64,000 bases of DNA from Oculina patagonica (taxonomy: Eukaryota), in contig NC_135760.1 in assembly GCF_052425735.1 (NCBI RefSeq), positions 28,947,074 through 29,011,073 on the forward strand, in the 5' to 3' direction. Below, one piece after another: positions 45,245-57,780 of the stretch. The translations under genes and the position numbers were made by a program. Positions within the stretch are counted from its first letter, which is position 1, and every line of letters begins with the position of its first letter. The notes under the pieces are model-generated. The model was given only the letters and a program-made list of their open reading frames with translations. It was not told where the DNA came from and did no database searches.

Positions 45245-45360
45245 GTTCAATTTTATCCTTGGTTCAAATTTTTTATTTTCCTTTGTTTTTGGGTAACAAT
45301 GGTAATGTAATGTATGATAATGAGTAAGAAAAATACAATTTGAACCAAGGGTAAAATTGA
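45245..45360. mobile_element. Foldback MITE in the EEFSEC intron (same family as 40316-40497)
   Basis: ggttcaattttatccttggttcaaatttttt...gaaaaatacaatttgaaccaagggtaaaattgaac. Confidence 0.55.
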
Positions 45361-45873
45361 ACATGATGAACATGATGGACATCAGATGGAAGTCAGATAC
45401 TGAATAGATCACAGCATGAGCAAAAAAAAGCTTACACTGTTACCTTTTGTGAGCCAAAGCGGATGACAGCCCAGTTAATCATGTACAGAAATTTGAACAA
45501 AAAGATCTCACTCCATAGAAAACTGGATATTCGCATACATGATAAATATTATAACAATGCCTACCCCATCAACTAGCCTGATCTTGTACCATTCTGAATT
45601 TGTAGATGAATCAATTTTTATGCAGAAAGGTAATAGACCTTTAATTTTAAGCTTTGTATGTATTAAAATTGCCCATTTCAGATCATGTGATGATCTCAAG
45701 CTATGATCATCCACTCTCAGTGCATGAACAATAGTAATCTCAAACACAATTAGGAATCTTACCCAAAATTATAAAATTGAAATTTTTATTTTGTTGCCTT
45801 CCTTAATGGTGGGTAGGTAGCATCAGTAGTCTGTATGTCTAACAATTTTTTTATTTGTTATTTAATTTTTCAG

Positions 45874-47169
45874 ATGACCAAAAAGCTGGCTAAGACATTA
45901 GAAAACACTAAATTTTCAGGTTGCCCAATCTTACCAGTGGCAGCAAAGCCAGGAGGCCCTGATTCTCAAGAATTTAAACCTGTTGGTACACAGAAGCTGG
46001 TTGATTTACTTTCATCACTGGCATACCTTCCGAACAGAGATCCATCAGGGCCACTGTTATTTGCTGTTGACCACTGCTTCTGCATACGAGGCCAAGGCAC
46101 TGTGATGACAGGCACAATCCTCAGTGGCAGTCTCAAGGTCAATGATACAATTGAGATTCCCTCCATGAAGATCACTAAAAAGGTCAAATCCATGCAGATG
46201 TTCAAGGCATCTATAGTGGAAGCATCTCAGGGGGACAGGGTGGGGGTATGTGTTACACAATTTGATCCAAAGCTGTTGGAGAGAGGTCTGGTTTGCAGCC
46301 CTGGTTCAATACTAACAATGTTGGCAGCCGTCATCTCAGTTAAGCATATACCCTATTACAAAGGAGCTATCACGTCAAAGTCAAAGTTCCACATTACCAT
46401 TGGCCATGAAACAGTGATGGGTAAGCTCCAAGTGTTTGGCCTTCCTCCTGAGCAGTCAGTGAATCCTTCACAAGAGAGCAACATCTTTGATATTAGCAAG
46501 GAGTATGTTTTTCAAGAAGAGGTGGTGGATCAGTCCAAGCATTTTGGAAGCACAGCTGAAGATGAAAATGCAGATTCTGAAATCAAGCCATTTTCAAATC
46601 AACAGTGGCTTTTTATTGAGTTTGAAAAACCAGTGACATGCCCTGAACATTGTTTGGTAATTGGCTCACGTCTTGATACTGACATACATCTTAACCTTTG
46701 TAGAATAGCATTTCATGGAAGATTATTAGTTCCTGTCACGGACAAAAACTTTAAGGAAACATTTTTACCACAACTGAAGATTTACAAGACCAAGACAAGG
46801 GAAGGCACTGTTGAAAGGATGGCTGATAATTATTCTGTCATTGCACATTCTCTTTTTAAGAAAGAAACAAACCTGCAAAGTTTTGTTGGTATGAAGGTGC
46901 AACTCTCAACAGGTGAACAAGGGAGTATTGAGGGCAGTTTTGGTCAAAGTGGTAAAGTGAAGATTAGAATTGCTACTGGCCTGTTTCCTGATACTGTCTT
47001 GAAACTTTCTTCTAGTGAAAGGAAAAAAGGAGGGAAGAATAAAGCAGCCACCTCAGCAACTCCAGAAGAGGCAGGAAATTCTGTTGAGCAGCCTGCAAAG
47101 CCTATTAAAGTAATACTGGAGTTTAAGCGATACAATTATGATCCTAACAAGAAAATGGTACAGTTTTGA
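45874..47169 (+). CDS. EEFSEC: EEFSEC exon 2 (to the stop at 47167-47169). The full protein is about 580 aa.
   Basis: MTKKLAKTLENTKFSGCPILPVAAKPGGP...DPSGPLLFAVDHCFCIRGQGTVMTGTILSGS...KVKSMQMF...CVTQFDPKLLERGLVC...KFHITIGHETVMGKL...LVIGSRLDTDIHLNLCRIAFHGRLL...SVIAHSLFKKETNLQSFVGMKVQLSTGEQGSIEGSFGQSGKVKI...FKRYNYDPNKKMVQF is collinear with human eEFSec domains II-IV. Acceptor ttaatttttcag. Confidence 0.93.
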   Translation: MTKKLAKTLENTKFSGCPILPVAAKPGGPDSQEFKPVGTQKLVDLLSSLAYLPNRDPSGPLLFAVDHCFCIRGQGTVMTGTILSGSLKVNDTIEIPSMKITKKVKSMQMFKASIVEASQGDRVGVCVTQFDPKLLERGLVCSPGSILTMLAAVISVKHIPYYKGAITSKSKFHITIGHETVMGKLQVFGLPPEQSVNPSQESNIFDISKEYVFQEEVVDQSKHFGSTAEDENADSEIKPFSNQQWLFIEFEKPVTCPEHCLVIGSRLDTDIHLNLCRIAFHGRLLVPVTDKNFKETFLPQLKIYKTKTREGTVERMADNYSVIAHSLFKKETNLQSFVGMKVQLSTGEQGSIEGSFGQSGKVKIRIATGLFPDTVLKLSSSERKKGGKNKAATSATPEEAGNSVEQPAKPIKVILEFKRYNYDPNKKMVQF

Positions 47170-49802
47170 GCCAGAAGTGATGTTGGTAAAAATTATAACA
47201 TGTGTTTAAAAATCAACCATTAATATCTGATAAAGTTTAATTTTAGCAAAATTTTCTAATATTGCAAATTATTAGTTGCTTCTTAAGAGTAGAAAAACTA
47301 AAGATCCAACAATATTATCTAAACATAGTGGTTCCTGGTGTAGTCCATGAGTTTTTTTTGGTAAAAGACTCAACAACTAGTAACTGTAGTTTTCTCATGC
47401 AAAACTTCTTGGCTTTCAAGCTAAGTTCTTACAAATTTTCAGATCTTGTCATAATGAGTATCTTTTCAGTCCAGTCTCTTATCACAGTGACATGTAATGT
47501 GAACATTGATCAATTCTTTTCGATTTGACCTTGACTTGAGCAAAAACTTGAACTTGCATTTCTGAGAGCTATTTTTGAGCTTCAGCTATAAATTATAATT
47601 TAAAAAATGCACATCTCTAAACAACAACCAACAAACAATCAACTGAAAAATGGCCGAGATGAACAAGATAACTGCTTGAAATGTCACTAAACACATTTAT
47701 AAATTCTAAGGTGAAGTCTGTGGAATCGGCCTGTTGTCACCTTCAAAAACACCAACTAGGAAGTGACAGGTTTTTATCTCCAACAATATTTCTGAGCACC
47801 TTATGATTACGAAGTCCTAAAACAAGCATTTTCAACTTGCAATATCTATGCGGTGTAATATCCAATAAATTGACCTTAATCAGGAGTCTAGTGTGCTAAC
47901 AATTAGGACACTATGCCTCTCACATGCCTCAACTGTTTGTTGGTTTGTTGGTTTCTGTCTTGTTTCTGTTATTCACCTTGCAAAAAGTATCACTAACTGC
48001 TTATTGCCAGGAGGCTACAATCGATTATGGCTCTAAATGAGGAAAGGGAAACCCTCTGTAGGACCTTTGTTACATGAAATATGTTTGAAAATAGCATTAT
48101 TACAGAATTATTACAATCTAAATATTAGAAAAATTTTGACCACCATTTTAGGTGCCACAGTTGAAAAAATGGTGAAAGAAAAAAAGTGAGGGTCAAAAAG
48201 TTAGGGATAAAAAATTTAAAAAAAAAGGGTAAGCACTTTCTTCATCTTGTATTAATTGTTAATACTGATATCAAAATAATAAAAAAAACGATTAGTACAT
48301 GACTTTGTTTATTCTGTCGTTTTTGAATCCTATAAACCAGAATTCATTGCATTAGCTGAATGATTCTATCTAAGTCAAATACCAGCCATTTCACACTAAG
48401 TGATCCGCAGTTACATTCATTTAGTCAGTGGACCCCTTTAATAAACTTACCCCCACAAATGTTTGAATGCTTGAATGAAATGCGTGCTATCTTCTGTTCG
48501 TAAGGCAATATAAACAACATGATGGAGAAAAAATTGCTATGTGAAAATTGACACAGCCAGTTTGTATCCAAAAAATTATAAACTCAAACTTTTGTTACAA
48601 ACGTGTATTGCCAGCAAAGGTGGGGCAATCAACCAACACATAGCATAATAACAACCATATAGCAAGAAAGAGCCGGAATGGGGTGGAGGAGGGTTGGTGA
48701 AAAATGATTGTGCGTCAATGAGATCAAGAGCGTGACATCTATTATACGAATTCTTAAATATGATATTAGTTGAAGATGACATCTTCATCAATTCAACATT
48801 TAAATCAGTACCCTTTCCATGTTCCAGCCTCTCTGAAAATAACTGGCTAAATCACGCATAAAATTTTATTTGCAGGCAAAACAGAAATTTTACTGATGTA
48901 AAATAGAGTGGTAAACACAGGAGTAAATATAGCTATTTGTGAAGAAATTTGAATACAGTAATTATCTTGACAAGCTGTGACCACACAAACATCAGATGGT
49001 AGGCCTAGCTGCCTGTGCATATAGTTTTAAGTTGGCTTAATATAGTAATCTGCAAGTCATTGCAATTATATTTGCATGTGAGCTTCTGTTTTTTTCTAAT
49101 ATTTTTCATATGACACTTGCTATATGTCTACAATCAAGTATCTGTACCTTTTATCTATCTGAGGAAGACTCCTTAGTACCTTAATCTCGTTGCTATGGCA
49201 ACTAGCGACAGAGTTAATAAGCCTGTTTTGTGATACAAGTTTACTTTAAGATGGTTTTTCTAGCTTTCTAGACAGGGATTTTTCCCTCTTTTTGGTATAA
49301 CAAAGTAAACATCTAAAGAGTGTTTGGTTTTCGCAATTTTTTTTGCGCGCACTGCATCAATGTAAGTATAAAATTTGATGATTTTTTCATGGGTGAAAAA
49401 CAGAAAAATCCTACCCAGTGTACCAATTTTCAAAAAGGTTCACTGTTTGGAACGCGCGCAATATGTTTCTTTAGATGGCCCCAAACGCTTAGTTTTCGTG
49501 ACATCAACAAAATAGAATTTTTTCAAGTTACGGTGTTGCACATGCTTGCGTGCGCAGATTCCGACAAGCTTGCACTCCTATGTCCAGTTCCAGAAAATAT
49601 CCATACCCACCCCATGGAAGTTAATTAGAAATTCTGAAGTGGGGGGTCTCAAAGCCAAAATTTTCAATGATTAGTATGGGGCTTAACTGGAATTTCCAGA
49701 GGGGTGGGGGGGGGGGGGGGGTTCAAACCAAAAACCCCTCCGTGGGATAATTCCAGGAACAACACAAAAACAAAGAATTCAAAGAATTTTGGGCTATTTT
49801 AT

Positions 49803-50247
49803 GCCCGGGGGGGTACTCCCATATGTGGCCTATATAGGTATGTGCCGCCCGATAGGGTATGGTTTTTGAGGTTCTCGGTCCTTAAATAGGGTATCATTTT
49901 TGCTCCTTTTGGCAATGTGTTCCTGGTGCGATCCTTAGATAGGGTACCTAAATTCTATTAGCTAAAATAAACGCCCAGCTAAACGAAAAAAAGGTTTCTT
50001 AAAACAGAATTTTCTTTTCAGGTATTAGTAAAGCGATTTTATAAAGATTTGTGTCTTGCCGTGCGCGGTTAGCCGTCACGGAACGCTTCTCCTTCCCTTG
50101 AATAGGGTGTCTTTTTTCGGTTTTGGGCCTTAAAAAGGGTATCAATTTTCGCTTTCTTTATCCTTAAATAGGGTCAGGGTTTAAGAACCTTGGCGGCACA
50201 CCCCTATCCGAAATTTATGGGAGTACCCCCCCCCCCCCCCGGGATTT
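49803..50247. mobile_element. MITE of about 445 bp with poly-G/C-containing TIRs and subterminal TAGGGTAT repeats
   Basis: cccgggggggtactcccatat ... atgggagtaccccccccccccccggg. Internal motifs: aaatagggtatca, agatagggtacc, gaatagggtgtc, aaaaagggtatcaa, aaatagggtcagg. Confidence 0.55.
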
Positions 50248-50379
50248 TATGTGTATTGACATATGATGACCACATTTTTGATTAGGAAATAGCATTCTGC
50301 TTAGTTGAAGTATCGTATACCCCTTCCAACTTCAATAGTTCTTCGGCCTTTTTGCGTCGGTTTTTACCTGACAAAATAC

Positions 50380-50645
50380 GCAGAATTGGCAGATATTTCG
50401 TGATTTATAGTCGGAACATCCGATCGCGCGCCGAGTCCTCCTCGGATAAGTACACCTGAAACCACGTGACTATTTGGCGCGAATCTTTGCGTACGTGATC
50501 GATTGCCGAGATTTTGCTTGTAGCTCGCTGCACTGTCGTTCGACATATTATGACCGTTTTGGCCTAGGTTTGAGCAGTTTAAAGCTGTTACATCAAATTT
50601 TGTGTCCATCCTTGCAGATAAGATATGAACCCTGTTTTATCAGCG
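50380..50645 (+). promoter_or_regulatory. CpG-rich promoter-like block plus a short putative first coding exon (ATG 50625..50645, MNPVLSA, donor gtaagt). It may be HELLS exon 1.
   Basis: cgatcgcgcgccgag, cacgtgac and ggcgcg motifs, then ataagatATGaaccctgttttatcagcg|gtaagt. It is phase-compatible (0) with the candidate HELLS exon 53710-53841. Confidence 0.3.
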
Positions 50646-51061
50646 GTAAGTTTTTATTCGCAGGGCCTTGCTTAAGTGTAAGCTTTAAATCTTAGTATTG
50701 TGCCATGTGGTTGTGCATGCTGCCCATTTTAAAGCTTAGTTTCAGCTTAAGTTCTTATATTTTGTCTTTGAACTTTTAAATTTCAGTTAAGCTTACTTGA
50801 ATTTAATGGGTGTTTCCTTCGTATAATTACCTTCTTCTTATTCAAGTTAATATTACAAGAACGTTTATTATGTAATACATGTACAGTCGTCAAACATGCA
50901 TAATGGTCCATAATTAACCCGGGACCAACTAACAACCGTTGAGAGATTTTCGGTGTAATCAAATTCCAGCTGGTTTACTCAAACAAGCATTATCATTTAT
51001 TATCATTTGTTTTTAATTTAATGTATTTTGTGTTATCTGTGATGTATTTTGATCGAAATTT

Positions 51062-51410
51062 TGTCACACACTGGGCAGTTCATAGCTGGTATGATATTAA
51101 TATTGAGCGGTTTTCACTTGAGTGTCGAAAGTAATTTGCGTTTGCTTTGGTTTTGCATTACTACGATCAGTGATTGGTTTAAAAATCTCGCGCCACTTTC
51201 TCAGCCAATCAGAACTAAAACCAAAACCAATTGTGACTCGCTCACGTACGTTTTCCCGCGCTTCACGTCAGCTACATGTATTTGCTTTGAGTTTTGATTG
51301 GTTCCCTGGATTGTCTGTGTCCTTTGCGATTGGCCAGAGTAATTACTTTGGTTTTGGTTTTACGACACTTACTTGAAAACTGCTCTATCATACCAGCCAT
51401 GAACTGCCCA
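51062..51410. mobile_element. TIR MITE (about 350 bp) carrying four CCAAT/ATTGG boxes
   Basis: TIR ctgggcagttcatagctggtatgat ... atcataccagccatgaactgcccag. Internal gtgattggttt...ctcagccaatcagaac, a 15-mer also seen at 1751-1780 and 42905-42990. Confidence 0.6.
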
Positions 51411-52544
51411 GTATGCAGACAGTTCAGAAACTGTGAAGTATGGTGCTGGTGCTTTGCAGGAGGCCACTGCTAAATTGAGGATTAGTTTTCTTTAGGTTAT
51501 TGCATACTTTCAAGGGGGTGTCCAGACGTCTGTGACTGTCATTAAGTGCTGTAACCTGTATCACCTGTTATGGCTGAATTCACTCAAGGTTATGGGTGAA
51601 GATGTTGATTGGTATTATGTTACTCTTGCATACAGAGTGAAATGTTAGAGGTGATAACTTCAATGCCATGGCTGCTTAAAAACTTAATGACAGCCCTGTG
51701 AAATAATTATGCATGTGGATTATAATTATCCAACCCTCCAAGTTAAGATCATTTAGGTCGCCATGGGGATTAACATTTTAGAGCTGGTGACTACATTGGA
51801 ACCGAAGTCGCCAGCCTGGCAGCTAAAATTGAAAAGAATAGCAACAAAATTTTTCATTTTTCATTGAGCAGTCAGTGGCCAAATGATCACTAAGAAAAAA
51901 AAAACTTGAAGGGTTGTCATCACAGATACAATAACCCTATATAAAATTAAACACCATGGAATTGGCTTGAAGAACATACTAATAAGGCTGCACCTCATTG
52001 GCTTTTCGCTCATATAAAACTCAGGCTTGTAGTCTAATTGTTAATTATTATATGACTGTATTTTATTTTAAGCCCATGCAGGACCCTTGTTCATTCTTCT
52101 TTTTGTATGGGAGTTTTTAATTAGCTCCAGTCATGGTATAATGGAGTACACCAAGTGTATGCTCTTATGAATCTAAGCTGGAAATGCTATATAGGTGGGA
52201 CCTGAGTAACTGACTTTTCATCAGAAGAAGATCATTTAAAATGGTGTCACTCATTTGATACCTGATATACATGTAACAAACCATGTCCCTGGTGTTGAAT
52301 GAGGTTTGGCTATAGTTAGTATCAAGGTACTTGCCTCATAAACCAAAACTTGAAGTTGTTTACTTAAAGTAACTGTAGTTGTAGATTTTCAACAGGTAGA
52401 TCAGGCAGTTAGCATGTGGGAATTCTACAATGGTAGGTATGTGCAAAATATTAAATCATTATCCATTAGTCTTTTTCTAAAGCCTCATGTGTTAACATGC
52501 CAATTTTCACATGAAACTAAACATTCTTTTAGTTAATAGACCGA

Positions 52545-52705
52545 AGCAATGGCTGCCAATTAAAATTCTTTTGTATGCATTTAATTAGCCTGACTAACCT
52601 CGCTCTAGAGCAAAAATTCTTCGAATTATCAACTCAAAAACGAGGTTAGTCAGGCTTATTTAAATGCATACAAAAGAATTTTAAATTGGCAGCCATTTAT
52701 GCATT
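52545..52705. mobile_element. Foldback MITE with about 70-bp arms
   Basis: tagaccgaagcaatggctgccaattaaaattcttttgtatgcatttaattagcctgactaacctcg ... reverse complement. Confidence 0.6.
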
Positions 52706-53709
52706 CGGTCTATTAGGTGAACTTCTATCAACTATATCTTTTGTTCTCCATCTCCTGAGATGCTATGTAACCAGGCTGGCAATTTGCACGTAAACATGGC
52801 AGATTTCTCAACTGTTTCTGATCACAAATTCAGGACTGTTTTGAATTTATTTGGGCTTTCAACTCCCCAGGAGGCCAAAAAATAAAGCCAACCGCAAGCA
52901 AACCAGAGTTGAACTACTCACGGCAAGCAAACGAAGTGGAGTGCTTCCTTTAATTTGTATACCTAGGCAAACCAACTTTGTGTGACTAAATATAATAACG
53001 CAGCCACATTTAATTCATAAAAAAAAGGGATCTCTCAGCAAGATTCTGGATCTAGCCAATCAAAATTGACTCAGTATGGGTACACAAGTGTAACAAGTGT
53101 GTCATTATCCAACATTGCAGTTTGTAAACTATTGGAAGGGTAACAGTGCTCCTTGCCCTGCAGTTGATCAAGTGAATTCAAATGAAGAACAGAAATTAAT
53201 GGAAGCAGGACTTGAGAAGAGTCCAGAAGTAAGAATAGCTTATCTTTTTTAAAGAACCTTTATTGACTTAATTATATTTAATTAGCTCATAAACAATGAC
53301 AGAGAGAAGACAAAAAGAGAAAAAACAATATATAATATTATTATTTTATTATAAACGGAAGAAACGAATGTGCGCCGTTCCCAAGGGTTTACGCATCGCT
53401 AGTTGCTCCCCAGGGGGGCAACAAACAATAATGTCAGTGAAACTTATTTAAATTCTGCGAACCTTGCAAAATCCATCATTCTCTGAAGAAGACCGCAGAG
53501 GGCGATCGAAAATTTAGAGTATCCTTTTATATTTTTAGATCTGTTTAAACCATTTTTATACTTTAAGCTATGACCACAGATCGCTCCAGCAGTTTTATAA
53601 TAAAATATATTTTAAATACTTCTTTCGAATTAAAGTACATAGAGTGAATGGCATGATGACAGGTTAATAGTATTAAAAATTATGACTATGAGCAACTTAT
53701 GTTTTCCAG

Positions 53710-53841
53710 GACTCTGAAAGTGCCAGCACAATTGACACAAGGGCTCTCAGTGACAGCCATTTTTCATCACAGTCTATGGGTCAGACAACTTTAGACCTCA
53801 ACAACAATGAAAACACAGATTCCACTCAAGAAATAAACAAG
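53710..53841 (+). CDS. HELLS: Candidate HELLS 5' coding exon. It is Ser/Asn-rich, phase 0 to 0, and has a GC donor AAG|gcaagt.
   Basis: DSESASTIDTRALSDSHFSSQSMGQTTLDLNNNENTDSTQEINK. It is frame-compatible with the exon starting at 54395. It is low-complexity, so homology cannot confirm it. Confidence 0.3.
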
Positions 53842-54394
53842 GCAAGTTAGCATTCTGCTGTATAGAATAATGGTTCACAAGCCCAATAGCGTTGGACCAC
53901 AAGGCCATTTAAATTGACACTGATTCAACTTGCTACTAGCATGCAGTGATCTCGAGGTCACAATAATATCCTGAGTACTGGCCAAGTTTATATTTCCATT
54001 GATTGTAAGTTTTCTACGATAGAAATTTGTTTATATTTGTTTAATAGAAAGAAGGTGATTGCTAGACTCAGAAAAAAAGAAAAAAATTATAGGTCCTGGT
54101 ACTCATTTGCAAGAAAACAATAATTTATCTCTCTTGCGAGCCAAGTCGAATAGAAAAATCCACCATTTTCTTAATGTGCTTGCATTTATCTTGCATAAAA
54201 TTATGCGCAGTAAGAGATGCGCAATGCAACGAATGAAACATTTGCACTTGAGAGGATATTCCTGATATTTATAGCGTTTATAGGGTTCAATTTAATATTG
54301 ACTGAGAAATGAATTGAAAATCTTAAATGGCACATTCCTTAGAAACATTGTTCAAAAGTTATTTCTGTGAATCATTTCTTCATGATCTCTACAG

Positions 54395-54532
54395 ATGAAT
54401 AGTGAGGCCAGCCACTCATCAGATACATTATCTGAGGAAACAAGGATGAATAAAATTACTCAAGCCATGGAGGAAGAAGAAAGAGTTATTCATGAAGAGA
54501 CTTGTAAAGAACAACAGCAAATGATGGATAAG
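54395..54532 (+). CDS. HELLS: HELLS N-terminal exon (may contain the initiator ATG at 54395)
   Basis: MNSEASHSSDTLSEETRMNKITQAMEEEERVIHEETCKEQQQMMDK matches human HELLS ITPAMLEEEEQLEAAGLERERKMLEK. Acceptor ctctacag, donor AAG|gtagat. Confidence 0.7.
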
Positions 54533-54549
54533 GTAGATAGCAAGTTTCC

Positions 54550-56410
54550 ACTTAAGGTGGCTCAACTGGATTTTCAAGGGGTAACACCGCTCAAGTTTGA
54601 AAATAAACTACGTCGCCAATAACAATGTTATCGAAAAACGATTACCACAGTTGTATGAGATAAAGATGAAATTTTTTTATGACCAGTGTTATAATGACAT
54701 CGGAGTTGCCATAGCGACAAAATGACGTCATTACGTTTTTTACTTTCGCTCGTATTACTTGGCACCAGGAGATTTTTTCGAAAATCGCTCAAACGAGCTT
54801 GTACCACACATAACTGCATCGATGTTGGCAAAGTTTGAACAAATTATATGAGAGCGTTTTCGAAATATTTGGGGATGAAGTTTTCGGGCCTATAAATACA
54901 GTCAAAAACATACTAACGAGAAAATGGGGTAATATCTAAAGAAAATGACGCGCCGGTGAATTGAAATTTCATCTTATAGTAGTTTGATTCCATTTAAAAT
55001 CGTGTATGAAACAGTGGTGGGGATTGCTTTGGTCGATTGCGAGAAAAAAGAATTTTATGAGCGTGCGTTCAGGTGCTCTTGTTGCCATTTTTGTTTATAA
55101 TTTGGTCTATACCTACAAAAGTGATAATACATTAAAAACCACTCGATGAATTTTTTTAAAAATTTAACAAACTTAAGGTTTGTCATCAATTGATATAGCT
55201 TACAAGTTTCAAGCTCATTGAAAACATTTAAGGCAATAAAATTGGGCCTCCAATGTACTGATTTTTTCTCGCAGATCTTGTGTTTACAAGCGAGTGTCCT
55301 CATTATTCACGGGTATTGTTTTTAAGTTTCATATCCACGTGCACGACTTCACAAAAAAAATTCATGTGCATTAAATAGGACGCTCGACTGCTTTCCGAAC
55401 AATTTTCCGAAACATGCTTATATTGCTTAAAAAATTGTAACAGCATTTGTAGGGATATTGATATCAAGAGCCTCTGTCCAGAAAACGAAAGCTATTATTC
55501 TGCATATATTGTCATTGCTATTCTCACCCCAAGGCAGATTAGCATGCTTCGGAAAAATTTTCGGAAAGCAATCGAGCGTCCTGTTTAATGCAAATGAATC
55601 TTTTTCCTGGAGTGGTGCACGTAGATATGACACTTGAAAACAATACCTGTGAATAATGAGGACACTCGCTTGTAAACACGAAATCTTCGAGAAAAAATCA
55701 GTACATTGGAGGCCCAATTTTACTGCCTTAAATGTTTTCAATGAGCTTGAAACTTGCAAGCTATATCAGATGATGACAAACCTCTTGTTTGTCAAATTTT
55801 AAAAAAAATTCATCGAGCGGTTTTTAATTTATTGTCTTTTTTGTAGGCATAGACCAAATTATAAACAAAAATGGCAACAAGAGCACCTGAACGCACGCTC
55901 ATCAAATTCTTTTTTCTCGCAATCGACCAAAGCAATTTCCACCACTGTTTTACACACGATTTTAAATGGAATCAAACTACTATAAGATGAAATTTCAATT
56001 CACAGGCGCGTCATTTTCTTTAGATATTATCCCATTTTCTCGTTAGTATGTTTTTGACTGTATTTATAGGCCCGAAAACTTCATCCCCAAATATTTCGAA
56101 AACGCTCTCATAGAATTTGTTCAAACTTTGCCAACATCGAGGCAGCTATGTGTGGTACAAGCTCCTTTGAGCGATTTTCGAAAAAATCTCCTGGTGCCGA
56201 GCAATACGATCGAAAGTAAAAAACGTAATGACGTCATTTCGTCGCTATGGCAACTCCGATGTCAATATAACACTGGTCATAAAAAAATTTCATCTTTATC
56301 TAATACAACTGTGGTGATCGGTTTTCGATAGCATTGTTATTGGCGACGTCGTCAATTCTCAAACTTGAGCGGTGTTACCACTAAAAAATCCAGTTGAGCC
56401 ACCTTAAGGC
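54550..56410. repeat. Giant near-perfect palindrome (about 1.86 kb; arms of about 900 bp at about 90-95% identity), starting 18 bp after a HELLS exon donor
   Basis: The outer ends are ccacttaaggtggctcaactggatttt and aaaatccagttgagccaccttaagg. The mirrored ORFs 54628..54831(-) and 56128..56331(+) encode near-identical peptides. The arms match through ...tgtttttgactgtatttataggcccgaaaacttcatcccc.... The center is at about 55440-55500. Confidence 0.8.
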
Positions 56411-57091
56411 CCACTGTGTGTTCATCAAATTTCCATAGAAATTTTCACACAGCTCTTTGTACCACCTCTCAGAATGTGTTTTGTACTACAGTGCAACCTT
56501 GATATTACAAAAAGGGCAAAGGACTGGAATCAGCCTTTTGGCATGAACTGCTGTGATTTCTTAAAAACTAATTTAATTCATTTTTAATTAACTTTGCGCC
56601 ACAAAGTCCACAGGAATCCTACCTCAGGACGAGAGATCCAGTAAATAGCGTAGACCAGTCTTTGTACACGTTCAGTGCAAAGTGTTCTAGAAAGAAGAGT
56701 ACCACAAGAAGAGCATAGCATTTTCTGAAACAAATATATACCTTTGAGATCTTGATATAAAAGCAATGTAGATATACTCCACGTCTTACATGGGGTGCAT
56801 GGTCAGTTGCTCCCCACCCCCTGCTCCCTTCTCAAGTACAGTTAATTAATAGACTACCAAAATTTCCACCTTAGTGTGTTAATGGTTTAGTGCCAAACAA
56901 AGCATTACAAACAAAGCATTACAAAAGTGCATTCTGCACTTAAAATCAAACTGGTTTGAAAAATTTTAAACCAAAGATAAATTTAAACCACAACACAATA
57001 TACTTGCCTTTGTTGTCTTGTTGGGTTGTAAATGCCTGCCATTTCTCTATTCTCTTCACTGTAAATTTCTTTTGTTTGCATTTTAACCTAG

Positions 57092-57289
57092 GCTGAAAAA
57101 GAGTGGAAGAAGATGGAGGACAAACAAAGATACCTTCGGCTACAGCTGTTATTAGAGAAGTCAAACATTTACTGTCAGTTTCTTCTTGAAAAAATGGAAA
57201 GACAGAAATTGGAAGCAAGAAAGCAGCAGGAAAGGATGGCACATCAACAAGAGAAGAAGCAGAACAAGGAAAAGGAAGCTATGCAAATG
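57092..57289 (+). CDS. HELLS: HELLS exon (N-terminal coiled-coil region)
   Basis: [51 protein letters not shown]... matches human [39 protein letters not shown]. Anchored by ORF 57113..57445. Confidence 0.85.
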
Positions 57290-57612
57290 GTAATGCTTGT
57301 TTGCATGTGTAAAATAAATTTTGCCATTTTACTGTATGATCCATCGTCAGCATTAAGTATTGGGAAGAAGATCATATTTTCTCATTTTATTTTCTTGTTC
57401 ATGATCAATAGCCTTTGCCATTTCCAGATTCCCTTGCACCACTGAAACCTCTCCATATTCAGGCAATTTTTCTTTAAAAAACTGAAAAATGGCCTTGCTA
57501 GAATCTTGTTTAAGCTCCTGCATGATGTAAAGCAAAAGAGAGATGACCTCACTAGAGATATGAAATAGACATTCCTCCAAGTTGAAAATGGCTGCTTTTT
57601 TGTATTTTGCAG

Positions 57613-57780
57613 GTTCCTCAGGCAGAAGGCAGGGTAACTAGAAGGACACAGAAGAAACTGAATGGATCTGTAGAAAGTGGTCAGAGTGAGAGAGCAGTCT
57701 CTAACAAAAGAAAATCTGGTACAAAAAGGAAGATGGAAGATTCTTCATCCTACATGATATCTGAGTATCTTGACAGAGAG
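57613..57780 (+). CDS. HELLS: HELLS exon
   Basis: VPQAEGRVTRRTQKKLNGSVESGQSERAVSNKRKSGTKRKMEDSSSYMISEYLDRE (basic linker; human [37 protein letters not shown]). ORF 57607..57834. Confidence 0.75.

Noticed and set aside
53136-53226. Exon-like segment VDQVNSNEEQKLMEAGLEKSPE resembling the HELLS N-terminus
   Set aside because: It has a plausible acceptor and donor. Its reading phase (1 to 1) cannot join either the candidate upstream exon (phase 0) or the downstream exon 53710 (needs phase 0) without a stop. It is treated as a decayed duplicate or a coincidence.
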